This document shows, in pieces, positions 25,001 through 37,156 of a DNA stretch of 64,000 nucleotides (positions are counted from its first letter, which is position 1; each line of letters opens with the position of its first letter). The DNA is from Camelus dromedarius (lineage: Eukaryota). The notes under the pieces were generated by a model, which was not told the DNA's origin, ran no database searches, and was given only the letters and a program-made list of their open reading frames with translations. The position numbers and the translations under genes are program-made. The stretch is taken from the NCBI RefSeq assembly GCF_036321535.1, contig NC_087436.1, positions 57,228,001-57,292,000 of the forward strand, written 5' to 3'.

Positions 25001-26143
25001 TTTTTAATAAACTTATAAGATGGAAGATATCCTGAGACTTTACTTAATTGAGCTGTGATATCATTAAATCAACTTAACTTTATTATTCTGAATGTTCAGA
25101 AAAGATATAAAGCTTTAATATAAAAATATTTAAAAATAAATGTATAGGTAATTTAGAATGCTTTTAGCTTTTTTGCTTATTTTGTTTAACACTTTGAAAA
25201 GCAATATAAGAGGAAGAGTTCAGCTCTAGCACCCTAGATATATTTTATTGTTATGGTATAATCACCACTAGGAAGCTTGATTTTCAAGTGGTAATGTGAA
25301 ATTACTGATTTGGTTTATGGTACTGTCCGTTAATGGCTAGCACACAGAGACATGACCACATTTAGAAGTAATGACACCCTCATCACAGGAGTATGCCTCG
25401 CATGGGCCACAGGAGTGACATATAGCAAAACAGGACTCTTGGAGCCCATCCTCGAATGTTGCAAATGTGCAGACGGTGAACGGGGTTCTTTCAGGGCTAT
25501 TTCACCAACTTTTTAGGTCCAATTTGACTTTCAAATACACACTACTTTTTTTCTGTCTGAAGCTCTTAATTTGATTGTCAAAAGTCTACTTCAGTAGAAG
25601 AATTTCTTCTCTGAAGCTATGGGAGTCAACCAGGAAATAGTGAAAGGATGGTTTACTTTTGCCACTTTCTAGGAAGTGGTTAAGGACAAAAAGGGACATA
25701 CCTGTCGAGAAGAAGCAATATTCCCAAATAAAATTCAAGCATAAAGTTGGTCAATACTAAATATTGAAATAAAATTAGTAAAACCTTTGTAAGACATTTA
25801 TTGTAATTTTTTTAAGCTTCAGTGTTGAAAGAGTATGACCTATTTTTTCAAAATTTCTGTTAGTCCAAGTTTGCCATGAATTGTCTCTTTCTGACAATAG
25901 TTATATTTTCCTCTCTACCTTAATTAAAAATACTGATGAGCTAGATGCCATCGAAATGCAGTTGTTCCTTTTTTTACAGGCCATGACTTAGTGAAAATGG
26001 CTGGTGCTTCTGCCCCATTGCTGCAGCACTTCCGAGTATCATTTCTAAAATGTCCTTTTAGCAAGACTTGGAAGGCAATATACACGTGATGTTATATCAT
26101 AAGAGATAATCACTAGCATTAAATTTTATATCGCTGCTCTAAA

Positions 26144-26348
26144 TGGCTGTTATAGTCAGCAGGTGACTTGGTTCAGTTCTTAAACAGGTCTAGACTGTAG
26201 AACCAACTGCCTTATGACTGTGATAGCTGTTTAGGGTGGTTACTCATTCATTGATATTTGGTATGAGTCCCACTACTGTTAGCAACAGGTGTTGGTTCTA
26301 TAATCTCTGCACAAGAGTCAACATTCTTATTTTGTTTTATCACAGCCA
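26144..26348. repeat. Long imperfect inverted repeat (nested palindrome)
   Basis: Arm pairs: 26144-26154 with 26338-26348; 26192-26207 with 26291-26306 (14/16); 26242-26247 with 26263-26268. All centred near 26250. Confidence 0.7.
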
Positions 26349-26434
26349 GTAGGTTCCATGGTTGGGTAAACTTTATAAAACTCATGGCACTAATGGGAAT
26401 GTGTCAGAGCATTTCTGAACACAGTTTTTTCAGT

Positions 26435-26650
26435 AAGAATAGCTAGAATCTCATGAAGACATACTATATGCCACAGTGCTAGGCATTTTATAAGCAAAAT
26501 CTGATTTAATTCTTACAGAAACCTATAAATATTGTTGTTATCTCTATGTAGAAGGGAAACTGAGGCACGGTCACATAACTATTAAGTAGTTGAGCAGAAT
26601 TTCAAAGTCAGGTTTGACTTCAGAGTATCTATTCTTTTAACCACTGTGCT
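26435..26650 (-). mobile_element. MIR SINE
   Basis: GGAAACTGAGGCAC...GGTCACATAACTATTAAGTAG...TCTTTTAACCACTGTGCTG. Confidence 0.7.
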
Positions 26651-29600
26651 GACATCAGGCAGTGAACAAATGTCAGTGTGGTTGTTTTTATGACATTGGA
26701 ACTGCGTAGGACGTAAAACTTCTTGTTGGACATTGGATCTTAGTGATAGAATTGGTTGAATGAATGGGGGGAAATGTGAATTCCTAGTTGTGATCTGAAT
26801 GGAGCAGGTTTGATAATTATAAGCAAGCTAACCTTTATAAACCTGTTGACACATGTTGGGAATACATATCCTAATCACATCAATATAAAATATGAAAATT
26901 CTATCACATTGACAGCAGTTGTTTCAAATAATGGAACTCCAGAAAAACTTACCCAGGGTATATAAAAACTGATGAAATTAGTTTCTACTACCCAGGCAAG
27001 ATTATAACAAATATGGTTCAGAATTTTGCCTTTAAATTCCCAATATTAGTATGGAGAAGTTTGATGGGCTTTAAAAAAAGAACATGCCTCAGAAAAGAAA
27101 CAGAGCGATACAACTCAAGTACCTGAAAAAGAAAATCTGGTAATGGGCAATTTCAAATGAAATAGTCTTGACATAAAGGTCAATTGAAAAGAAATTTAGG
27201 AAGCTGGTTATAAAATTAAAAGCATTATAAACATGAATTAAATATTTTCTAACATCAGATACATAAGTATAAATCCATATACAATCTGATTTATTATAAA
27301 ATCTTACAGTGTGATGCCAATAAAACCATTCTATATCAAAAGGGACAAACCTTAGTACTTTCCCATCTGCCATGTGTTACAGGCAGTTTCATGCACCTGT
27401 TGTGGGTGTGTTTTCAGCACTAAAAAATTCATGTACTGAGAAGCCATTATAGATACAAATTATCTAGAATTTAGAGCCTTTTTGCATATATGTCTCTGAT
27501 ATAAATCAGGATTACTTAAGCCAAAACAAAAATGCTAAACAAAAGGTAAAAAATATTTGAAAGAATTGGAAGAGCAGTTCTATTAGTGTCATATAAAAAT
27601 GTATGACTTTGTGTGCAAATGTCAGATATTAATAGATGATGAGGACTTCTGGTAATACTCACTTGTTCCCTTTATCTTTATGGGAAATACAAACGCATGA
27701 ATTTAGACTAAAGTTTATAACAATAAAATGTGTGCTATACATGTAGAAAAGTAACATCTTTTTATACATAGAAAAATATCTTGTATCAACTTTATTAAAC
27801 TAAACACATTATTATATAAATATAAAATAGAAATGTATGTGGAAACAGTAAACTGCCAAGAAAATGTCTAAGAATTGCCAACAATGAATAGCATTACTCC
27901 ACAGTAAATTTTACTACCGTTTTTGATGTGGCCTGGATAAGAAACTCACCCTCTCAAATGTTTATGTCAGTTGTAAGAAAGCAGAATAAAATTGCTTACT
28001 TCTACATTGGAGGTGCTAAAGAGAATTTCTTATTATTTTTCTAAGTGTTATGATTAATACTGCTATTTTAAGAAGAATTTTAATGAAAATTAGAATTAAT
28101 TTTATAAGTATAAATATTAAAACTTTACTACTATTCCTTCAAGTTCAGATTTAAAGAATCTTATTGAAATCAGGAAAGGAGAGATCCCAGACAGCCTTTT
28201 CAGCTGGAAAAATCATTTGAAATGTTAAACCCTGAAGAATAAAACTATTGTCATTTTTTTTCTCCTAGTCTCTTGCTCTTTGGGGACTCTTTCTCTTTTA
28301 ATTTATTGCTCTGTGTTCTAAAAAGTGGAGAAAGATTACAAACCATGTTTAAAAGTGTATTAAATATAACTTATGGTAAATTAGTAATACCTCTTGAAAA
28401 ACCCTGCTATGATTTCTCCCATGGAGCTTCCTTTGGGGGAAGATAACTCAATTGTGTTGATTTAAAGGTTCTGTCTGGTTCTTTTAAACATTCCTTTGAT
28501 GTTGTATTGCTCTGCTTGTAATAGACTGTTATTGCCCTATATTGAGTTTGCAGAGTGAAGGTAAATCTTTCGTGATGTGATTGTGCCACCACAAACTCAA
28601 TATTGTTCATAGGGCCTTTATAACTCTCAGCCACATTGCAGCAGAATAGCACACATTTTCATTTTTACCTTTTTAGATGTTTATTCTTTGTTCTGAAGCT
28701 GAAAGTGTGTATGCTTACCGACATTCTATAGTGCTTGTCCTGTGAAGCGGGAACTTATAAGCAAAGAGAACATTATTGTTTTCTCTCTTTTTCTGAAATT
28801 GTTGATTCTGTCATTGATCTTTTTCATTATGTTCCATTAGGTGCTCTACTATGTTACTGCAAAAGCACCACTATTGGGAAAAGCTCAATTCAAACGTCTA
28901 TCCAAGTTTCTAGCTTGAAATGTTTCCTGAGTGCGTAACGACACTATTAAAAGAGATTGCTGCAAGGAGCCCTATCTTACCTTGAAACTCAGATAAATGT
29001 GATTTCCCCTGGTGGCAGATCACACGCAGAAGACTTATGTGATCAGAAGTATTAACATAGATAATTCAGTATTAACATTGGCCTGTTTGATTGAAAGTAG
29101 AAACTTTATGTAATGGCTTATGTTGTTATTTGCTTCTTTTGTTAAATTTCTTGCAAAAAATAGATCTGTTTTTCACTGGTGCAGCATTCAAGTCAGTTTA
29201 AAGTTGCTTGTAAAGCAACACAGCCCTAAGGCTACTTTTTAGGCATTTATTTTACTTCTGGACATGTGCCCTGTTACTATTATTATCCTTTCTCTTGTTA
29301 TGTATGATGGTATGATCACACAGTTTGGGAGAAATAATTAATAAGCAATTTGGGTAAAATAAAGAATATCCACAAATGTAAGGGGATATTTTATGCATCA
29401 CAGTAGACTGGATTTTAAATACCCACATGCATTGGGTATATTAGCAGGGTATACTTCTGCTAAGGTAGTTAATAATTATAATTCCAGAAAAGTCAACACA
29501 TCCTCTACTACAAACAATTCTCACTATTCTCTCCCCAGTTAGTGAAAGTGAATAAAATCATCAGTCTTCAATCCTCAAAGATTGATAAATATTAGTTACA

Positions 29601-29869
29601 CTGGTAAATGTCTATAGATTCTGCATTTCTGATTATCTTCTTTCTGTTTTCCCTTTCTTGTCACTTCTCTGCTTCATTCTAGGCCCCTTCCAAATCAAAT
29701 TCTTAAGAGTTCTAAGTGATTTATGAAGAGAATCAAAGACATGCAATTTATAGGAAGAAGATTTCTGGGATAATGTTTAATATTCATAATTTTAAAAGAT
29801 GAACACATATTATTCGATGAGAATGGAGTTCATGATTGAAACCAGAATTCCTTGGATGGGATTGTAGAG

Positions 29870-30150
29870 GGCTCAGAGATTGCAAGTGGTTGGTCATTGG
29901 CTACATATGGGCTATAGATGTGTTTTATTTGATTTACACAAGGATTTAGTTTGTTTTTGCTTTTGTTTTAATTAGGTGTTAGCATTTTTCACTTCTGGTT
30001 AAACAGTTGAGAGCTCTGATAACCCCGGGCCCAGCATTCTCACCAGGGACACCTCCTTAGGTGGCTTTTGCAGTCTTTTTCTGGCTACAGTCTCCATGGG
30101 CTGCTTCATTTGTTACTGCTGGCTCCTGTGGGCATCTGAGTTTGTGGTGT
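29870..30150 (+). mobile_element. MER102-like hAT-Charlie element
   Basis: AGATGTGTTTTATTTG...CTGATAACCCCGGGCCCAGCATTCTC...GGCTCCTGTGGGCATCTGAGTTTGTG follows the MER102 layout. Confidence 0.65.
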
Positions 30151-30784
30151 TGCTAGTTTAATGCTAACAAGTTCTTCAGCCTCTTGACTTTGCTTACCCT
30201 GGCCTCTGTCTTGGCATGCTCCTCACTCTGATTCCATCTGTCAGAATCTTTAACCTCAAAAAGTGTTTCCTTCCCGTGGCTTCCTTCAGTTCCTCATCAT
30301 CACTTCATAGGAATCTCTCCTGCTCCAGCTCTTCCTCTGCCTCCTTGTTAGTTGTGACACAGGCTGCCTTGAGTTATATTGATTGTATTTTCATCTTGCT
30401 TTCCAATAATCATGGACACTTGAAAGGAAGGGGCCATCTTTGTATCCCACAGAGTGACTTCCAGTACAATGCCTCGCAGCTGGTATGTTCTCAATAGAGA
30501 TATAGTAATGTAGATATAGATATGTGGTAATTTAATGTATGGTTTTTATGTTAGATCATTGAAATTAGTATTTAGGAGATTTAAATTTATTATCTAAGTG
30601 GTCAAGGAAATAAACATGGGAGAATCAAAGAGCAAAACTCCTTAAATGGATAACTGAGGGTGGATTATACTGTAACTATCATTGACCTCGGTAATGTAAG
30701 ATGAGCTGTTAAATCACAGCTTAAATCTCTTTGGACAATACCACTGGGACAGAATTTGCCTCGATCCTACCTCCTACCTACACA

Positions 30785-31150
30785 TTATCTGTTGGCAATT
30801 TAGCATCATTTCCCCCCTGCCATGTTCTCCTTTGTGTGGCCATAGCAGAACACTTAAGAACTACATTCCCAGAATCTCTGCCAGCCATGGTCTGAGTTAG
30901 ATTCCACTAGGAGAGGCATTTGTATCATACCTGCAAGGTGAAAAAGATGCTGGTGCCATGTTATCCTTCCTCTGCAGCAGCAGGAAGGTGTGTGGACTTC
31001 TGCAGATATGAAATTCGCAGTAGCCTCTGAGCCATTTTTCTAAGTACTACCTGTTTCCTGATTGAAATATCTTGAGCAGTTTCTGCTTTCCTAGCTGTTT
31101 TCTTGATGGAACGCTTGCTGACACACTTTGGTGAGGAAACAGACAGCAGG
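30785..31150. mobile_element. ERVL-class solo LTR remnant (LTR16/LTR33-like)
   Basis: AAGAACTACATTCCCAGAATCTCTGCCAGC...TGAGTTAGATTCCAC motif typical of LTR16-group LTRs. Confidence 0.5.
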
Positions 31151-34004
31151 GTACCATTTAGTAAATTTATTTCTGACTTTGACATGGTCAAATATTTAAA
31201 ATCAACTATAAAATGGTATGAATGAATATTTCCAGAATAGAAAGAGTATATCTTCCCCATAAAAGGAAAAAAAACGGCACTTTTTCCCCTAGGAGAAAGG
31301 TAAAGATATCACAAGTTTTCTTTGATCAGTTATAAGACTAGTGTGTATTTTTTATACAAGACTATTTGCAAGAGAAATAATGTTTTGAAAACACAACCTA
31401 GGCTATGTTTAACTTACAAAAATACTCACGATAAAAATATTTGAAAAGTACAATGGGAAAGAATAAATATTTCCTACACTTCATCTAAATTCAGCAGTCA
31501 GCAGAGTGTTCTGTGTATCATAGATATTTAGTGAATATTTACTGATTTAAATATGAAGAAAAAAGAAAAAGCACCTTGATTCTTTTCAGTGAAATCTGGT
31601 GTATATGAATAATTTTTCTTATGTGAAATAATTTAAAAGAGGTTTATTATTTGGCTTTGTGAAGCATAATCAGTGTACTGAGCACTCTGACAAATCTAGA
31701 ACTGGCCTTGGTTCCTGCTCAGTAGGTAAGGAAAATGGCATATTACGATTTCCTTTTCCTTTAGCTTAGCTAGAATTTCAGTAAAATTGCTACTGCAAAC
31801 TTATTTTAGTTAGCTTGAAACACAATAAGTACATTTACTGTGGCTGAGTCAGAGCCATGTAGTGTAGAGGGCTAGACCATTGAGGTTTGCTATTGTGAGT
31901 TAGAGGATTAGTAATACTCCCACAAGCCCACCCCTCAAAATTACCCCCAGTCTACAAGACAGAGCTGTCCTGATTGGAATTCAAAGAAATTCTTCTTTGA
32001 AAAGATGGTTAGTTACAGCCAATTGCATGCTTTTTCCCTGCTACATTTCTAATTATGCTGGGTTCTTGTTGCCTGCTAGATTTCTGCATCAGACAGTCTT
32101 CTCACAAGTGAATGGATGAAGGGTGACATTGCTCAGGTTAAAAGTTTTCTATGAGATGCTGCTTTGTCCTGGTCAGCATGATCTGCCAGTCATTTCAGCT
32201 TGCTTTTTACACAACAGTTTTTTCAAGGTAAACTAAAGTCTGAGAAAACAGTCCCATATAGGATAGTAAAAATGAGAGTTGTTTTAAAAAACTGATAGTA
32301 CATAATAAACATATTTGGATGTTGGTGAAGTCGGTAATTTGAGGTACTTTATGTATTTTTGTGACAGGCTCATTTTTAGAACAAATTGGCACTAGAGGTA
32401 AAGTCTCTTTCTTTCTTCTTTATCCCTATGGCAATATATTAGAAAACAAGCACATAGAACTAAAAGCAGGAGGTCAAAACCTTGATTTACCCAAATCCAA
32501 CTAATAAGGAATCTGGAAAATGCAGTTGACTGAATACCTTATAAAACTTCAATGATTGCAACTAGATCTGTTTTTTCAATTTTCAGAGAACCACAAAGTA
32601 GTATTTCATAGTAGAATTTTATATTAAGAGAAATATGCAAGTTTTCCCTAGCAATCGTTCTTATTCATTGTCTTGTAGCTTTTGCATCTATGCAGCTGTG
32701 ATTAAAAATCTGGAGAATAGAAGTCCTAAAATTCTAATTTGTTAAAAATAAACCCCCTCTTCTTACCAAAACAAGAATACTTATTAATATATATTGCAGT
32801 ATATAAAAATTATATATAATACAAGTTGTAAACATGTATATACTAGTGCCCGAAGTGAAAATAGTAACTTTGTTTCTGACAATCAAATGTATTTTAAAGA
32901 CATATAAAATAGTATTTATTAGTGGCAAACCCAAAACTGTAAAACACAATCCTTTTTCTTAATCCTTTACTAGGACTATAAGTAATATCAATAATTTGGC
33001 ATACAGTCTCCCAGTTTCCGCCTACATATTTATAAACATATGTATATGTAGACTTCTAAAATCCTGAATGGGATTATCCTAATCACATTGTTCTATAACT
33101 TGCTTTTTTTAGCTCAACAATATATTGTGGACATCTTTCTATGTAAATATATATGCACTATAAAATAATTTTATAAATTAAATCATCAAGAAATAATGTA
33201 GTTATGGAAAGTAATTACATACAAAGGTATTTTATAACCTTGATTAGCTTTAGATTATTTCAATTTATTGGTAAATTAAATGCTTTATTAATAAATTATT
33301 GGAGATGTTTCCTTGGAAGTGTATCTATGATAATGAAAGTCATTTTAAAACTTTTCTTATTTTTGCTTACTTTGAGAAATGTATCAATTCAGTACTTTAA
33401 AATTATTTATAGAGGTATTCTGTACTTCAACAAATGTGTATTTAACGTAATCTCTAATTCTGTTTTACGATTATCTACAAAAAAACTTTTGTAAGTTCAA
33501 ATAACCTGAAAGTCTTAAATCAAAAGTCCATTCATCTTCATGCCTCAATGGAAAACAGGGGTTACACTATTAGTAAGTTATATGTAGGAAAAAAGGAAGC
33601 AAAATTGTAGGAATAAACTCACTAGGAGAGTTGCATAAGAATAGGAATAATATTTTAAGAAACATAGGATCATCTGGATGTTTGGTAATTAAATGGCTTA
33701 TGACTTTTAAATTTTTCTGACTTAGTGTTTTTATGTGGGATAAGATAGTGAGGGCAGACCATCTTTAAGATTATTATGGCATATGGATTATGTTAGAATA
33801 GAACAGCTCCTGTATTTTTGATATGCCTAGCTGAAAATTTCATTTCTTAGGTGAGAGAAGCAGTGAGGAATCACCAGTGTAACCCAGGGTCCCACTGCTC
33901 AGTTCAGTGATCAATGCTTACTCCTAATTTTGCTTGACCTTTCAGCATGACTTGAAAGAGCTGTTTTCTTTTTATTTATATTTAGCGACTTAAAAATTAA
34001 AAAA

Positions 34005-34360
34005 AAATTTCCTCCAGCTTTATTGAGATACAGTGGACATAAAACATTGGATAAGTTTAAGGTGTACAACCTGTTGATTTGATACATATATATTGCAGAA
34101 TGATTATCACCATAACATTAACTAACACCTGCATCACGCCACATAATTACCATTTCTTTTTTGTGATGAGAATATTTAAGATCTACTCCCTTAGCAACTT
34201 TTAACTGTATAATACAGTATTATTAACTATGATCACTATGCTGTACATTAGATCCCCAAAACTTACTCATCTTACACCTGGAAGTTTGTACTCCTTGATC
34301 AACATCTCCAGTCACCCCCGCCCCACCGCCCCACCACCCCGACGCTGGTAACCATCAGGC
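34005..34360 (-). mobile_element. L1MA8/9-like 3' end
   Basis: CCAGCTTTATTGAGATA...TTTAAGGTGTACAAC...TTTAAGATCTACTCCCTTAGCAACTTT...CTGGTAACCA. Confidence 0.85.
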
Positions 34361-34384
34361 TAGTTTCTTGAAACATGTTTTCTA

Positions 34385-34665
34385 TTAAGAGATTTGCAAA
34401 TATGTAAAACAATGCTACTCTTCTCACTATTTTTTTCTGTTTTAGAAAATATAAATTATTTTTATTAAACTGTTTATGATAACATGTAAGAATTGATTGT
34501 TACTTTGAATGATTGAATAAATAAATATTTTAAATATTTCTGTTTTAATTTCTAATATTATAAATATAGATAGATATAACCCACACTAACAAAAGCTCTT
34601 AGGGATCATCAATATTTTTTAAGGCTGTAAAGAGTCCCTGAGGCCAAAATCATTGAGAAATGCTG
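34385..34665. mobile_element. Charlie1-like hAT DNA transposon end
   Basis: AACAAAAGCTCTTAGGGATCATCAATATTTTTTAAGGCTGTAAAGAGTCCCTGAGGCCAAAATCATTGAGAAATGCTG resembles the Charlie1 terminus. Confidence 0.7.
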
Positions 34666-35569
34666 GACTAGATTAAAGGAAAAAGATAGATTTAAGATCA
34701 GATAGTAGGATAAAACAATTTTAGTGTTAAGCCTGGGAGAAAACCAAGAATAATAAAAATCAGAATACTCATTTCAAAGGCAAAATTTCTAAGATGCCAA
34801 CAAAGTTAAGGATTTTGATTTAATATGTAAATTAAACTATTATAAAAACTAATTTCAAACAGAAAATGCAAGTTAAATATGGAAAACTGATCGAAATAGT
34901 ATACTTCCCTTTAAATAGTGCTCCACTCCACCCATGTTTAAAAAAACTCCTGAGGCAGTCATAGAAAATCTACATTTAACTCTTTAGACTTAATTATAAT
35001 TAAATCATGAAAAAGATAAACACAAAAAAGAAATCAACATAATAATTCATAAAAAAAATTAAGATCAGAAATGGATACATTCTTTACAAAGGCCTTATAA
35101 TGAGAATAAATCCCAAAATATAAGAGTCAAGTTAACTATGTCTCTCAGTAAAAATAAGTGAAGAGAAATCAGACAAATGATTAGTTTCATTAAGCAGAAT
35201 AAAATACCAGAATATAGAGAAGTTGAATTAATGTACTGCAAATTGATGCCCTATATAGTGAATTTTAATATGTATATGACCCTGGGTTATGAACTTCAAG
35301 GAAACTTTAGATGAACTGTAAAGAACATTTTGCTTAAGACACCTGTAGTTTAAAATAAAAAACCAGTCCAAACTGATTTAGATGATAAAATTAAACATAA
35401 TTTTTTAAATGATGAAATTTGTAATAGGCTATAAAATGAGGAAAATTTTTAATTCTTCAGAAGTTTTTAATTATATTGGTAACTATATATATTTCAAATG
35501 TAGATGAACAAGTCTTAGCAACAACATCCATTTATATATTTTTTTCAATTCAACTTAACTCAATTTGAA

Positions 35570-36130
35570 TCTACTCATTCACTCATTCAGTAAGTTAGTC
35601 AGTTATACAAAAATTATCTATTGAATATCTACAATGTGCCAGGTACCTTGTGGACGATAGGAAAGAAAAGAGCAAGAAAGATTTAACTGGCCCTCATGGA
35701 ACTAAAGGTAGAGAGAAGATAATAGTCAAATAACACAGATAAATGTATGCTTTCAAAGCTGTCACTGAGCTCTGAATGAGCAGCATAGATGCTGTGAAGA
35801 ACAGGACAGGAGGAGCCGATCTAGCTGGGGTTCTGAGAAGGCTTCTATGAGGACATGCTGTTTGAACAGGTCTTTGCAGGGTGTGTAGAAGAACGGGTAA
35901 AGGAGGAGGTCAAGGGTGATCAAGAAGAAGAGAGACTGAGAGGTCCAGGTATTGAATTTACCTGATATAGTAGAAAGAATGAGAGTGAGGAAGCCTGGCC
36001 TGATATCAGAGTTCAGTGAATGAGTGCTCAGAAGACGGACCAGCTAAATGGCATGAGCCTGAAAGCTGCTTTTTTTCTTGTTTACTTTGATAAGATTATG
36101 GTTTTATTTTGTTCTTAAAAAGAAAGTAGA
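35570..36130 (-). mobile_element. L2 remnant
   Basis: CTCATTCACTCATTCAG...TATTGAATATCTACAATGTGCCAGGTAC...GCCCTCATGGAACT. Confidence 0.7.
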
Positions 36131-36189
36131 GGAAGAATGGTCCAAAAGTTTTCTCAGAGGAGTAAGGGATACCAATCTTAACTGAGGTG

Positions 36190-36592
36190 TGAGGGGTTGA
36201 AAGATTAAGAAGCCATGGCGGGAGCTGTAGTTCTTGAGAATGCGCAGTGCAGAACTACAGGGAGGTTAATTAACCAAGGGCCCCAGCGGCCGGTTATGGC
36301 ACCAAGGCCATACTTCCCAGGGGCTGCCCCAGGCACTGACAGAGTACGGCTGGGGTGATGCTAAAGCAAGGGAGACAGGGGACTCCCGGGGGGGCCTTGC
36401 TGACCCGTCCTTAGACTGCAGGACAGTCTGCTTCCCTCTCTCCTTCACTCCCCATCAGACTTACACCCCAGTCAGCTCTCCTGGCCTGTTCTGGCTCCTT
36501 CCCCATTTTTTCTCACACAGGCATTGCCCCTCAGAAAACCTTTGTACCTTTAATCCCACTTTAGATCTGCTTCTCAAAAGGCAGATTAATAT
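36190..36592 (+). mobile_element. ERVL-class solo LTR (family uncertain)
   Basis: GC-richer block ending ACAGGCATTGCCCCTCAGAAAACCTTTGTACCTTTAATCCCACTTTAGATCTGCTTCTC, an ERVL-LTR-like 3' end. Confidence 0.5.
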
Positions 36593-37024
36593 ATGAATAG
36601 ACTCCAGGAGAAAAAGTTTCAGTTAAGTAAGGAGCTGCCCAGAGGTTAAGGCTAGAGGCAGTTTGCTGATTATGGCTTAACGATTCTCAATGACAGAGAG
36701 GGAAGGGTTGAGGAAGACATATTTTCCAAAAATTGCACCTTTTGAATCATTTTAAAGGGTCATTTGTTTACATATTGATGACCTTTACGACTATAAAGAA
36801 AAGAAGTTATAAAAAAAAGATATTGTGAAACATGCATAAAAGGCATAAAAATATGTGTAGTCCCCATCATTGACAAGTGGGTAAGGTCCTTCCATTCTTC
36901 ACCAGGCATCACTCCTAAATCCATTCTTTAGCTATAGCAGGGGGAAATATCACCTCCCCACCCCCATCTCATGCTGTTGTTTAGGGGGTTGCTATCAAAT
37001 CTCAAATCCAGTCCTGTGTGGGCT

Positions 37025-37156
37025 CAGGACCAGGACTAGGATGAGCAGACCTGGAGGGCAAAGCTTAAAGGGGCGGGTGTCACAGTGCCAACCCTGTGCT
37101 TGCAGGGGCCCGAGAGTGAGGGCCTCCTCGTGTGCCTCACTGCAGTCCTGGCTCTG
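37025..37156. mobile_element. MER96-like hAT-Tip100 MITE
   Basis: TIRs CAGGACCAGGACT / AGTCCTGGCTCTG; internal GTGCCAACCCTGTGCTTGCA...GAGAGTGAG; 8-bp TSD TGTGGGCT / TGCAGGCT. Confidence 0.75.

Noticed and set aside
30961..31260. 99-aa basic minus-strand ORF
   Set aside because: Overlaps an LTR16/33-like remnant; no recognisable domain.
31676..31724. 9-bp inverted repeat TACTGAGCA/TGCTCAGTA next to an AG|GTAAGG donor
   Set aside because: Stem short enough to arise by chance, and the upstream putative exon is AT-rich and not convincingly exon-like.
32368..32397. 30-nt AG/GT-bounded plus-strand segment (SFLEQIGTR), and similar short candidates near 52254-52281 and 58788-58836
   Set aside because: Isolated, with moderate or weak splice sites and no recognisable peptide; expected by chance in 64 kb.
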